Origin: Nanopusillaceae archaeon
GTDB lineage: Archaea; Nanobdellota; Nanobdellia; Nanobdellales; Nanobdellaceae
Length of the DNA stretch: 32,000 bases
Direction: 5' to 3'
Assembly (NCBI GenBank): GCA_049974095.1
Contig: JBMFJD010000005.1
Span: 29,189-61,188 of the forward strand
In this document: positions 9,095 to 17,284 of the stretch, piece after piece
Layout: every line of letters starts with the position of its first letter
Position numbering within the stretch: position 1 is the stretch's first letter
The notes under the pieces: model-generated
The model's input: the letters and a program-made list of their open reading frames with translations, nothing else
Database searches by the model: none
Told to the model about the DNA's origin: nothing
Translations under genes and position numbers: made by a program

Positions 9095-10186
9095 ATGAAA
9101 AGAGTTGGTGATGTTGAATTAAGATTAGCAAAAGGACCAATTCCTCATTATAAAGAATTAAAAGAATTAGAAAGAAGTATTGTAAAAGTTATTATTGAAG
9201 AATTTGGAACAGAAGAATTAATAAAAAGATATTCAAATCCTTTATGGTTTAATTCTTTGGCATGTTTACTTGGATTTGAATGGAATTATTCTGGTATGAC
9301 AACTGTAACATTAAAAGCATTAAAAGAAGTTTCAGAAGAAGATAATTTACCAATAATTGTTTTAGGAGGGAAAGGTAAAAATTCTAAAATAACTAAAGAA
9401 GTTGAAGAAAAAGGTATAAAAGATAAATTAAAGGATAAAATAAAGGAAATTTCAGTTATTTCTGCAAAAGTAGATAATAATTTAGTTCAGGATGGATATA
9501 ATTTATATTTCCATTTTTTAATTTCTGATGAAAAAGGAAATTCAACAATAATAAATCAAAAGATGTCAATTAAGGAACAAAAAGTTAGAAGATTTCATTG
9601 GATAAATTTTGATTATTTTAATGATCCACAAATTGGAATAGGAAATAATAGTAAAACATTAAATTTAGCAAGCAAAGAATCTGAAGAGTTAAGAAAGACA
9701 ATTGTTGAAATGATAAATAACGAAAATCCAAATAAAATAAAAAATTATATAATAAGATTAAAAGCAATTGAAAATAAAAATAATACAATATTAAAATATA
9801 TAGGAAATAGAAATGATGATTTAATATTTTATCAAGAACTACCATTTTATTTAAAAATACCTGAGAAAATTTATTGGAAAGCATTAGGAATAAAAGAAAC
9901 TGTTGAAAACTTTAAAGATTTATTATTTATTAAAGGATTAGGACCTGGATTATTAAGAGCACTAGCATATACAACAAAAATAATATATGGAACAGAACTA
10001 TCTTGGAAGGATCCTATAATTTATACATTTGCTCATGGAACTAAAGTTGGGAAACCATATTATGTTAAAAAAGCATTAATGTTAGAAGAATCAGAATTTC
10101 TAAAAAATGCTATAGAAGAGGCTAAAGTAAATAATAATTTTAAATTAAGGGCATTAAGAAAATTAAATGAACTAACCAATATATAA
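9095..10186 (+). CDS. Conserved archaeal protein, DUF763-like
   Basis: The N-terminal block LAKGPIPHYKEL...LIKRYSNPLWFNSLACLLGFEWNYSGMTTVTLKALK matches my memory of the DUF763 signature. The track start at 9083 is TTG; I prefer the ATG at 9095 (MKRVGD..). Confidence 0.45.
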   Translation: MKRVGDVELRLAKGPIPHYKELKELERSIVKVIIEEFGTEELIKRYSNPLWFNSLACLLGFEWNYSGMTTVTLKALKEVSEEDNLPIIVLGGKGKNSKITKEVEEKGIKDKLKDKIKEISVISAKVDNNLVQDGYNLYFHFLISDEKGNSTIINQKMSIKEQKVRRFHWINFDYFNDPQIGIGNNSKTLNLASKESEELRKTIVEMINNENPNKIKNYIIRLKAIENKNNTILKYIGNRNDDLIFYQELPFYLKIPEKIYWKALGIKETVENFKDLLFIKGLGPGLLRALAYTTKIIYGTELSWKDPIIYTFAHGTKVGKPYYVKKALMLEESEFLKNAIEEAKVNNNFKLRALRKLNELTNI

Positions 10187-10200
10187 TGATTAATTTATAA

Positions 10201-10216
10201 ATATGTTATAACATAT
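10201..10216. promoter_or_regulatory. Perfect 16-nt palindrome immediately upstream of the disulfide oxidoreductase gene
   Basis: ATATGTTATAACATAT at 10201-10216, ending 9 nt before the ATG at 10226. It could be an operator or simply AT-rich promoter sequence. Confidence 0.25.
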
Positions 10217-10225
10217 CATATTAGA

Positions 10226-10930
10226 ATGGCGGATGAAATCTTTTCTGAAGAAGATAAAAAAACATTAAAAGAAATGTTTGATCAGAGTTTAAAAGAGATT
10301 GTAGAGATAGATGTATATTTGGATGAAAAGAATAATAAGGAAACTAGCGATTTTGCAAAAAGATTAGGAGAAGAAATAATGAAATTAACAGATAAAGTAA
10401 AATTTTATTATTATGATTCATTTGATCAAAAAGTAGAAGAAGAAATGAAAAATAAAAAATTATTATTGGACAAATATGGAAATAGAGGAGGACCAATATT
10501 TGTATTTAGAAAATATCCTGGAGTAATATATTATGGATTACCATCAGGAGAAGAATTCCCAATATTTCTAGAAGATATAATACATATATCAAATAATCAT
10601 TTTGACATAGATGGAACTACAGCAAAGAAATTATCCTCAATAAATGATCCTGTAGATATATATGTATTTGTAACACCAACATGTCCATATTGTCCATATA
10701 TGACACATCATGTACATCAATTTGCAATGGTAAAAAACAATATTAGAGGAATAATGATTGAAGCATATGAATTCCCAGAATTTTCAGATCATTATAAAGT
10801 ATATGGAGTACCACATAATGTTATATTAGATAGTAATGGAAATACATTAGAAGAATGGGAAGGAATGTTACCTGAAATGGAGATGGTTGCTGATAAAATA
10901 AAAGAGGCTTTAGAGAAAAAACAAAAATAA
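10226..10930 (+). CDS. Protein disulfide oxidoreductase (PDO / glutaredoxin-like, double thioredoxin fold)
   Basis: 234 aa, the size of archaeal PDOs. The C-terminal unit carries VTPTCPYCPYM (CPYC redox site). The N-terminal unit has no Cys. Confidence 0.7.
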   Translation: MADEIFSEEDKKTLKEMFDQSLKEIVEIDVYLDEKNNKETSDFAKRLGEEIMKLTDKVKFYYYDSFDQKVEEEMKNKKLLLDKYGNRGGPIFVFRKYPGVIYYGLPSGEEFPIFLEDIIHISNNHFDIDGTTAKKLSSINDPVDIYVFVTPTCPYCPYMTHHVHQFAMVKNNIRGIMIEAYEFPEFSDHYKVYGVPHNVILDSNGNTLEEWEGMLPEMEMVADKIKEALEKKQK

Positions 10931-10961
10931 ATTTTTAAATTTTGAAATTTTTCTAATTTTT

Positions 10962-11363
10962 ATGTACTATTCTGGAGAAAATTTTCAAACCATATCTAAA
11001 GCAAATCAATATATATTGAGAAATTTGGAGGTTAGAAAAATAAATTTTGGCGAAGAATATGGAGTAGAGATTATTATAGGAGAAAAAGAGTATAATGAAA
11101 TATATGAAATCATAGAAAAAATAACAAAACCATATAATTTAGAGCCAAAAGAATCTATTAAAGCAAAAATATTATATACTAATCCAAAAATAAAGTCATT
11201 GATATATTCTGAGGCTTTCATTACAAGTGCTTATTCTCTTAATAGACCTTGGATAGTTACAAATAATCCAAAGATTCCTCAAAATATTAAAGGATTAGAT
11301 GCAATTATAAAAATAGACTTGTCAGATCAATTTAGGATGGAAAATCCCATTTATAAATTATAG
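10962..11363 (+). CDS. Hypothetical protein
   Basis: 133-aa ORF sandwiched between the PDO and trxB genes on the same strand. No motif recognised. Confidence 0.4.
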   Translation: MYYSGENFQTISKANQYILRNLEVRKINFGEEYGVEIIIGEKEYNEIYEIIEKITKPYNLEPKESIKAKILYTNPKIKSLIYSEAFITSAYSLNRPWIVTNNPKIPQNIKGLDAIIKIDLSDQFRMENPIYKL

Positions 11364-11381
11364 AATAATATAAATAGAAAT

Positions 11382-12353
11382 ATGGTAGAACTATTTTCTA
11401 TTAAAACCTCAATATCTCAAGAAGAATTAGACAAAGAATGGGATGTAATAATTATTGGAGGAGGCCCAGCAGGTTATTCTGCAGCATTATATTGCGGAAG
11501 ATATAGACTAAAAACATTGGTAATAACAAAGGATATTGGAGGAACAATAACTGAAGCAAATATTGTAGATGATTATCCTGGTATAGAAGACATAAAGGGA
11601 ACAGAATTAGGTAAATTATTTAAGAAACATGCAGAAAAATATGGAGTAAAAACATTATTAGAAACTGTCATAAGAATAGAAAAATTACAAGATGAAAGAT
11701 TTAAGGTACTTACATCTACAGGAAAAGAATTTATAGCAAAATCTATTATAATAGCTACAGGATCTCAAAGAAGAAAATTAGATGTACCCGGAGAAAACTT
11801 AAAAGGAGTATCATATTGCGCAGAATGTGATGCACCTTTGTTTAAGGATAAAATAGTAGGGGTTGTTGGAGGAGGAAATAGTGCATTCCACGATGCACAA
11901 GTATTGGCTCAACATGCAAAAGAAGTATATATAATACACAGAAGAGAAGAATTTAGAGCAGATCCTGTTTTGGTAGAAGAAATGAAGAAAGATCCAAAGA
12001 TAAAATTCTTATTAAATAAAGTTGTAGCAGAAATAAAAGGACAAGAAAAAGTAGAAGAAGTAATATTACAAGATACTAAAACTGGAGAAAAAAGCTCAAT
12101 TAAATTAGATGGATTATTCATTGCAATAGGATTAGTTCCATTATCTGAAATAGTAAAGGATTTAAATGTAAATATAGATGAAGGTGGACATATTGTTGTA
12201 GATCAATGCTCTAAAACAAATGTAAAAGGTCTGCTGGCTGCAGGAGATGTTACTACCCAATTATGTAACCTAAGACAGGTTATAACTGCTGCTGCACAAG
12301 GTGCTGTAGCTGCTTATAGTGCTTTCTTATATATAAAAGCTAATAAATGGTAG
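11382..12353 (+). CDS. trxB: Thioredoxin-disulfide reductase
   Basis: FAD motif DVIIIGGGPAGYSAA, redox-active CAECD, NAD(P)H motif VGVVGGGNSAFHDA, and C-terminal GLLAAGDV. Confidence 0.9.
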   Translation: MVELFSIKTSISQEELDKEWDVIIIGGGPAGYSAALYCGRYRLKTLVITKDIGGTITEANIVDDYPGIEDIKGTELGKLFKKHAEKYGVKTLLETVIRIEKLQDERFKVLTSTGKEFIAKSIIIATGSQRRKLDVPGENLKGVSYCAECDAPLFKDKIVGVVGGGNSAFHDAQVLAQHAKEVYIIHRREEFRADPVLVEEMKKDPKIKFLLNKVVAEIKGQEKVEEVILQDTKTGEKSSIKLDGLFIAIGLVPLSEIVKDLNVNIDEGGHIVVDQCSKTNVKGLLAAGDVTTQLCNLRQVITAAAQGAVAAYSAFLYIKANKW

Positions 12354-12637
12354 ATATAAATATAATAAAGGAAAAATTGAAAGAAGTAATTGATCCTGAA
12401 ATTGGATATGATATTGTATCCTTAGGAGAAATTGAAGATATAAAAGAAAAAGATGGAAAAATAATTATTACTTTTTTACCTACAACTCCTCTTTGTCCAT
12501 TTATTCCAGCAATATTAGATAGTATTGCAGAAAAAATGAAAGAAACAAATTTGGATTTCGATATAGAAGTAGATTTAGAAAATAAATGGAATATAGAAAG
12601 AATAGAGCCAGAAATAAGAAAAAAATTAGGATTATAA
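12347..12637 (+). CDS. DUF59/MIP18-family Fe-S cluster assembly-type protein (SufT/PaaD-like)
   Basis: VIDPEIGYDIVSLGEI followed by a TTPLCPF segment, as in DUF59 proteins. The start overlaps the trxB stop by 7 nt. Confidence 0.7.
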   Translation: MVDINIIKEKLKEVIDPEIGYDIVSLGEIEDIKEKDGKIIITFLPTTPLCPFIPAILDSIAEKMKETNLDFDIEVDLENKWNIERIEPEIRKKLGL

Positions 12638-12638
12638 A

Positions 12639-13016
12639 ATGGTATTTGAAGATAAATTAAAAAAAGAATTTTCAATGTTTTGTAAAATTAGTGGAGGACA
12701 ATTTAATGAGAATATATATTTGGAATGCTTAAAAGAAAATTATTTTATTAGGATTAATTACACAGATATTGGATTATCTTTAACAGCAGGATCTAAGATG
12801 ACAGGAGACTATGAAATATTAAATATAAATAATATAAAAATAATTGATGTTGAAAGATTATCAAAAAATAATGATTCTGGAGAATTAGAGTATTATATAT
12901 TAAATATATATTTAGATAAAGGTTTATTATCTATTAGAAAAAGTATAAGGGAAAATAAAATAATAATACACTTAAAAACTGATCAAATAGAATATGAATC
13001 TTCTGTTTTATTTTAA
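12639..13016 (+). CDS. Hypothetical protein
   Basis: 125-aa ORF starting 1 nt after the previous stop. No motif recognised. Confidence 0.4.
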   Translation: MVFEDKLKKEFSMFCKISGGQFNENIYLECLKENYFIRINYTDIGLSLTAGSKMTGDYEILNINNIKIIDVERLSKNNDSGELEYYILNIYLDKGLLSIRKSIRENKIIIHLKTDQIEYESSVLF

Positions 13017-13020
13017 AAAT
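13012..13020 (+). promoter_or_regulatory. TATA-like box positioned for transcription starting at or near tRNA-Val +1
   Basis: TTTAAAAAT spans -31 to -23 relative to the tRNA 5' end (centre about -27). It overlaps the stop codon of the upstream ORF. Confidence 0.4.
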
Positions 13021-13042
13021 TTTATCAAATATTATGAAAATA

Positions 13043-13114
13043 GGGACCGTAGTCTAGGGGTATGATGCCGCCCTTACAAGGCGGTGGTCCGGGGTTCGAA
13101 TCCCCGCGGTCCCA
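13043..13114 (+). tRNA. tRNA-Val (anticodon UAC)
   Basis: Hand-folded cloverleaf of 72 nt. Acceptor GGGACCG/CGGTCCC with discriminator A. Anticodon stem CCGCC/GGCGG with loop CUUACAA. T arm CGGGG-UUCGAAU-CCCCG. No intron and no encoded CCA. It is a GC-rich island in AT-rich DNA. Confidence 0.95.
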
Positions 13115-13181
13115 TAAAATAAAATATTAAGATAGACTATTGCTTGAACAGACTTATAAGATTTTTTAAAAATATTCGTTA

Positions 13182-13958
13182 ATGGTTGAGATTTCTATAT
13201 TAGAAAAAGATACAGATAAATTTGCTGTTGATAAAGATAAAAAAATATATAAATTAAAACTTTTAATAAAAGGTGAAACTCCTATGTTTTTAAATGTATT
13301 AAAGAGAACTATTCAAGAAGAAGTAAAAACCTTAGCAATTGAAGATGTTTACATAATAGATAATAATTCTGCAATGTGGGATGAAATGTTAGCGCATAGA
13401 TTAGGATTGGTAGTATTAAATACTCCAGAAAATTTAAAAGAAGATGCTCAAGTTAAATTGTATTTAGAAAAAAATCAGAAAGGATATGTATATTCTTCAG
13501 ATTTAAAATCAGAAAATCCAGATGTTTATCCAGTATATCCAGAAACAATGATAGGATATTTAGATGAAAACCAAAAAATAAAATTAGAAGCTGTTGCTAT
13601 ACTTGGAAATGGAAAAACTCATTCTAAATTTATTCCTGGACATATATATTATTATAGAACTGCAAATATAAAATTGGAAGGAGAATTAAATGAAAAAGAA
13701 ATAGAAAATTTAAATCTATTGGGAGTAAAAATTAAAAGAGGAAAAATAGAACTGCCAGAAAAGAAAGAATATGATAGAACATTCTTAGATACAATAGAAT
13801 CAGCAGCAAATGGAAAAATAAAGGTAATACCTAAAGACGAATTTGTATTTGTTATAGAATCTTATGGACAATATTCTGCAGAGAAAATAGTTGAATTAGG
13901 ATTAAATGAATTAGAGAGAAAATTAAGAGATATATTAAACTTTTTATTAAATAAATAA
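13182..13958 (+). CDS. rpoD: DNA-directed RNA polymerase subunit D (Rpo3)
   Basis: FLNVLKRTIQEEVKTLAIEDVYIIDNNSAMWDEMLAHRLGLVVL is the conserved Rpo3/RPB3 dimerisation-domain signature. 258 aa with no cysteines. Confidence 0.85.
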   Translation: MVEISILEKDTDKFAVDKDKKIYKLKLLIKGETPMFLNVLKRTIQEEVKTLAIEDVYIIDNNSAMWDEMLAHRLGLVVLNTPENLKEDAQVKLYLEKNQKGYVYSSDLKSENPDVYPVYPETMIGYLDENQKIKLEAVAILGNGKTHSKFIPGHIYYYRTANIKLEGELNEKEIENLNLLGVKIKRGKIELPEKKEYDRTFLDTIESAANGKIKVIPKDEFVFVIESYGQYSAEKIVELGLNELERKLRDILNFLLNK

Positions 13959-13995
13959 AAATATTTTTATAAATATTTTTTATAATAATCAATTT

Positions 13996-14328
13996 ATGGA
14001 TTGGAAAAAAGTAGTTTTAGTAGCAGTTTTTTCATTGGTCGCAGTGTATTTACAAACAATAGGAATAATAGCAGCAGTATCTTTGTTAATATATATGTTA
14101 GTTAAAGGAATGGATAACTGCAAAATAGCAAATCTAGGATTATTATTAGAATTTATTGGAATATTTCTATACTTGTTCTCATCATTGCAAACATACAGCA
14201 TTAATTTAGGTATATCAGCAACAGCTTCTGCATATTTAATACTCACTGGTGTATTATTAGTACTAATAGGAGTAATTATAGTAATGTTAGTATATAACAA
14301 GCTAAAAGGAAATATATACGAATCTTAA
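13996..14328 (+). CDS. Small integral membrane protein (3-4 TM), unknown function
   Basis: 110 aa, almost entirely hydrophobic helices. It is preferred over the antisense ORF 13989..14300 because of its clean TM periodicity and its co-orientation with flanking genes. Confidence 0.45.
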   Translation: MDWKKVVLVAVFSLVAVYLQTIGIIAAVSLLIYMLVKGMDNCKIANLGLLLEFIGIFLYLFSSLQTYSINLGISATASAYLILTGVLLVLIGVIIVMLVYNKLKGNIYES

Positions 14329-14357
14329 TTTTTTAATTTTTTGAATAATTTTTATTA

Positions 14358-16586
14358 ATGGATAAGAGACCTGATTATAAAATAATTGAAAAAGAATCTT
14401 TGAATATTTGGGAAAAAACAGGAGTATATCATTTTGATATAAATAAAGATAAAAAATTTATAATTGATTCTCCTCCTCCATTTACATCTGGAGAAGCACA
14501 TATGGGACATGCTTTAGAATTTATTTGGTTAGATTTTTTAACAAGATATAAAAAATTGGAGGGATATAATGTTTATGCTCCCCTAGGATTTGATTGCCAC
14601 GGTTTACCAACAGAGCTAAAGGTTATAAATAAGTTAAGAATTCCAAAGGAAGATAAAGAGAGATTTATAAAAGCGTGCATTGATTGGACAAATAAATCAA
14701 TAGAATCTATGTATAATGCTTTTGTTAGATTAGGATATTTATTTGATAGATCAAAAGTATATAAAACAATAGATAAAAAATATGAGGCTTTTGTCCAGTA
14801 TACTTTAATTAAAATGTTTAAAGAAGGATTATTAGAAAGAAGAAAAAATCCAATAATGTGGTGTCCAAAATGTCAGACTGCAATTTCAATGCAAGAAGCA
14901 GGATATATTGAAAAAGAAGGAGAATTATTTTATATAAAATTACCAATGGAAAATGGAAAATATATATTAATTGCTACAACAAGACCAGAATTAATAAATT
15001 CCTGTGTTGCAGTATTAATTTCAAAAAACAAATATGTAGAAATAGAAGGAAATATAATTGTATCTGAAAATTATGCTAAGAAAAATAATTTAAGGATAAT
15101 AAGAGAATATGATTATAGAGAATTAGAAAATCAAAATATAATAATTCCATTAATTAATAAAAAAGTAAAAATTTTATCTGATGAAGAAGTAGAATATGAA
15201 TTTGGAACAGGAATTGTATGGATATGTACATATGGTGATCCTGAAGATATAAAATGGAAAAATAAATATAATCTACCAGAAATAATCTCTATAACAGATG
15301 ATGGAAGAATAAAGTCTGAAATAAAAGAAATAGATGGATTAAAAATAGGAGAAGCTAGAGAAAAATTAAAAGATTTATTAAAAGAATATATTATTAAAAT
15401 TGAAAAAATAAAACATAATGTATTATCTCATACAGAAAGATCTGATTGTTTATCTCCATTAGAATTTATTCCAAAAGAACAATTCTTTATAAAGATAAAA
15501 GATTTAAAAGAAAAAATATTAGAATGGCAAAAAGAAATAAATATGATACCTGAAGATATAAGAAAAAAATTAATTGATTGGATAAATAGTATAGATCAGG
15601 ATTGGAATATATCTAGAACAAAAATGGTCTGGGGACTTTCATTCCCATTTTATGAAAAAGATGGAAAAATATATCCAGTAAATATTGAAGATTTACCAAT
15701 AGATCCAAGAATAGATAAGGATAAAATAAGAAAATATGATGGAAAATTCTTAGAAGATGAAACTGTAGATGTATGGATAGAATCTTCAATTACTCCTCTA
15801 ATAATTATATTTTATGCATTAACAGAGAATAAGGAATTTGATCCAAAAGATTTGGATAAATATTTTGAAGAAACAATAAAATATTTACCTGTAGATTTAA
15901 GGCAACAGGGATATGAAATAATAAGAACATGGTTATTTGATACAATTGTTAGAACAAAATTGCTAACAAATAAAATTCCATGGAAAAATGTATTAATACA
16001 TGGAATGGTCTTAGATGAAAAAGGAAGAAAAATGTCAAAATCTTTAGGAAATGTTATAGATCCAAATGAAGTAATAGAGAAATATTCTCCAGATGCATTA
16101 AGATATTGGGCATTATTAGCAGCACCTGGAGGAGATTACAATTTTACATATAAAGATATAGAAAGTGGACAGGCTTTTATAATAAAATTATGGAATATAG
16201 GAAGATTTATTGAAATGAATAATATAAAGGAGAATAAGAAAGGAGAATTAAAAGAAGAAGATAAAGAAATAATAAATAAATTGTTAGAAAATATGAAAGT
16301 AAGTAAAGATCTAGTAAATGGATATAAATATCATGAATATGTAAAGTTATGGAGAAAATTTGTTTGGGAAGAATTTGCAAATGGATATTTAGAGAAAGTA
16401 AAAGAAAGAATTAGAAACAATGATTTAACTGCAAAATGGTTTATATATAATGTATATAAAGCAATATTAATTTATTTACATCCTATAATACCATATGTAA
16501 CAGAATATATTTATCAAAAATTATATAGAGAAAAAGAAACAATATTAGAAGAAAAATTTGAAGATTTATTTAAAACCTTCAGCTAA
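14358..16586 (+). CDS. valS: Valine--tRNA ligase (compact form)
   Basis: Archaeal ValRS N-terminal signature DSPPPFTSGEAHMGHAL..GFDCHGLPTE. Also WCPKCQTAIS, the CP1 editing motifs ATTRPEL and GTGIVWICTYGDPEDIKW, and KMSKS. Only 742 aa. Confidence 0.85.
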   Translation: MDKRPDYKIIEKESLNIWEKTGVYHFDINKDKKFIIDSPPPFTSGEAHMGHALEFIWLDFLTRYKKLEGYNVYAPLGFDCHGLPTELKVINKLRIPKEDKERFIKACIDWTNKSIESMYNAFVRLGYLFDRSKVYKTIDKKYEAFVQYTLIKMFKEGLLERRKNPIMWCPKCQTAISMQEAGYIEKEGELFYIKLPMENGKYILIATTRPELINSCVAVLISKNKYVEIEGNIIVSENYAKKNNLRIIREYDYRELENQNIIIPLINKKVKILSDEEVEYEFGTGIVWICTYGDPEDIKWKNKYNLPEIISITDDGRIKSEIKEIDGLKIGEAREKLKDLLKEYIIKIEKIKHNVLSHTERSDCLSPLEFIPKEQFFIKIKDLKEKILEWQKEINMIPEDIRKKLIDWINSIDQDWNISRTKMVWGLSFPFYEKDGKIYPVNIEDLPIDPRIDKDKIRKYDGKFLEDETVDVWIESSITPLIIIFYALTENKEFDPKDLDKYFEETIKYLPVDLRQQGYEIIRTWLFDTIVRTKLLTNKIPWKNVLIHGMVLDEKGRKMSKSLGNVIDPNEVIEKYSPDALRYWALLAAPGGDYNFTYKDIESGQAFIIKLWNIGRFIEMNNIKENKKGELKEEDKEIINKLLENMKVSKDLVNGYKYHEYVKLWRKFVWEEFANGYLEKVKERIRNNDLTAKWFIYNVYKAILIYLHPIIPYVTEYIYQKLYREKETILEEKFEDLFKTFS

Positions 16587-17228
16587 TTCTTTTATTTTTT
16601 CATAGAAATTTTGAGCTTTTGTTACTGCAGATGCTAATAATACACCTTCTGCTCCAAGTTCTAATGCTTTTTTAACATCTTCTTTATTACTTATCCCTGC
16701 TCCCACTAATACTTTTACTCTTTGATTTGCTTCTTTTATCATTCTTACAGAATTTATAACAATCTCTGGCTTTGCTTTCGATACTGATATTCCAGTCCCT
16801 ATTAATTCTGGTGGTTCTACTGCAACATAGTCTGGATCTAATTTTGCTAGTGCAGCTCCTACTATATTATCATTTGCACAAACAATCGTTATTAACCCTA
16901 AACTTTTTGCAATATTAATTGCCTTTTCAATTTCTTCAATTTTCAATTGCTTTTCTGAATGATTTATTAATGTACCAACAGCCCCTGCTTCTTTTACAGA
17001 TTCTGGCAATACATGCCCTGTAAAAGCCCCAGGTTCTATAGGATCTATATGTTGCGCAAATATTTTTACTTTTTTTGCTCTTTGTGCTAATGGATATATA
17101 TCCACATATTGAGGAGCAATAACTATTTCTATATTATATTCCTCAGCAACTTTTTCTGCAGCTTCTAATAGTTCAATAGCTTTTTTTCCAATTGTTTCTT
17201 TATAAGCTTTTAGATTTATTGCTAGCAT
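16566..17228 (-). CDS. tpiA: Triosephosphate isomerase (short archaeal type)
   Basis: 220 aa. INLKAY near the N-terminus, LINHSE, VAVEPPELIGTG and VLVGAGIS. The 3' end overlaps the valS 3' end by 21 nt (convergent). Confidence 0.9.
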   Translation of the reverse strand: MLAINLKAYKETIGKKAIELLEAAEKVAEEYNIEIVIAPQYVDIYPLAQRAKKVKIFAQHIDPIEPGAFTGHVLPESVKEAGAVGTLINHSEKQLKIEEIEKAINIAKSLGLITIVCANDNIVGAALAKLDPDYVAVEPPELIGTGISVSKAKPEIVINSVRMIKEANQRVKVLVGAGISNKEDVKKALELGAEGVLLASAVTKAQNFYEKIKELAEGFK

Positions 17229-17284
17229 TTATCATCTACATCTTTTTTTATTTATAAAGTTCCAACATCTCTAAAAATATTATA

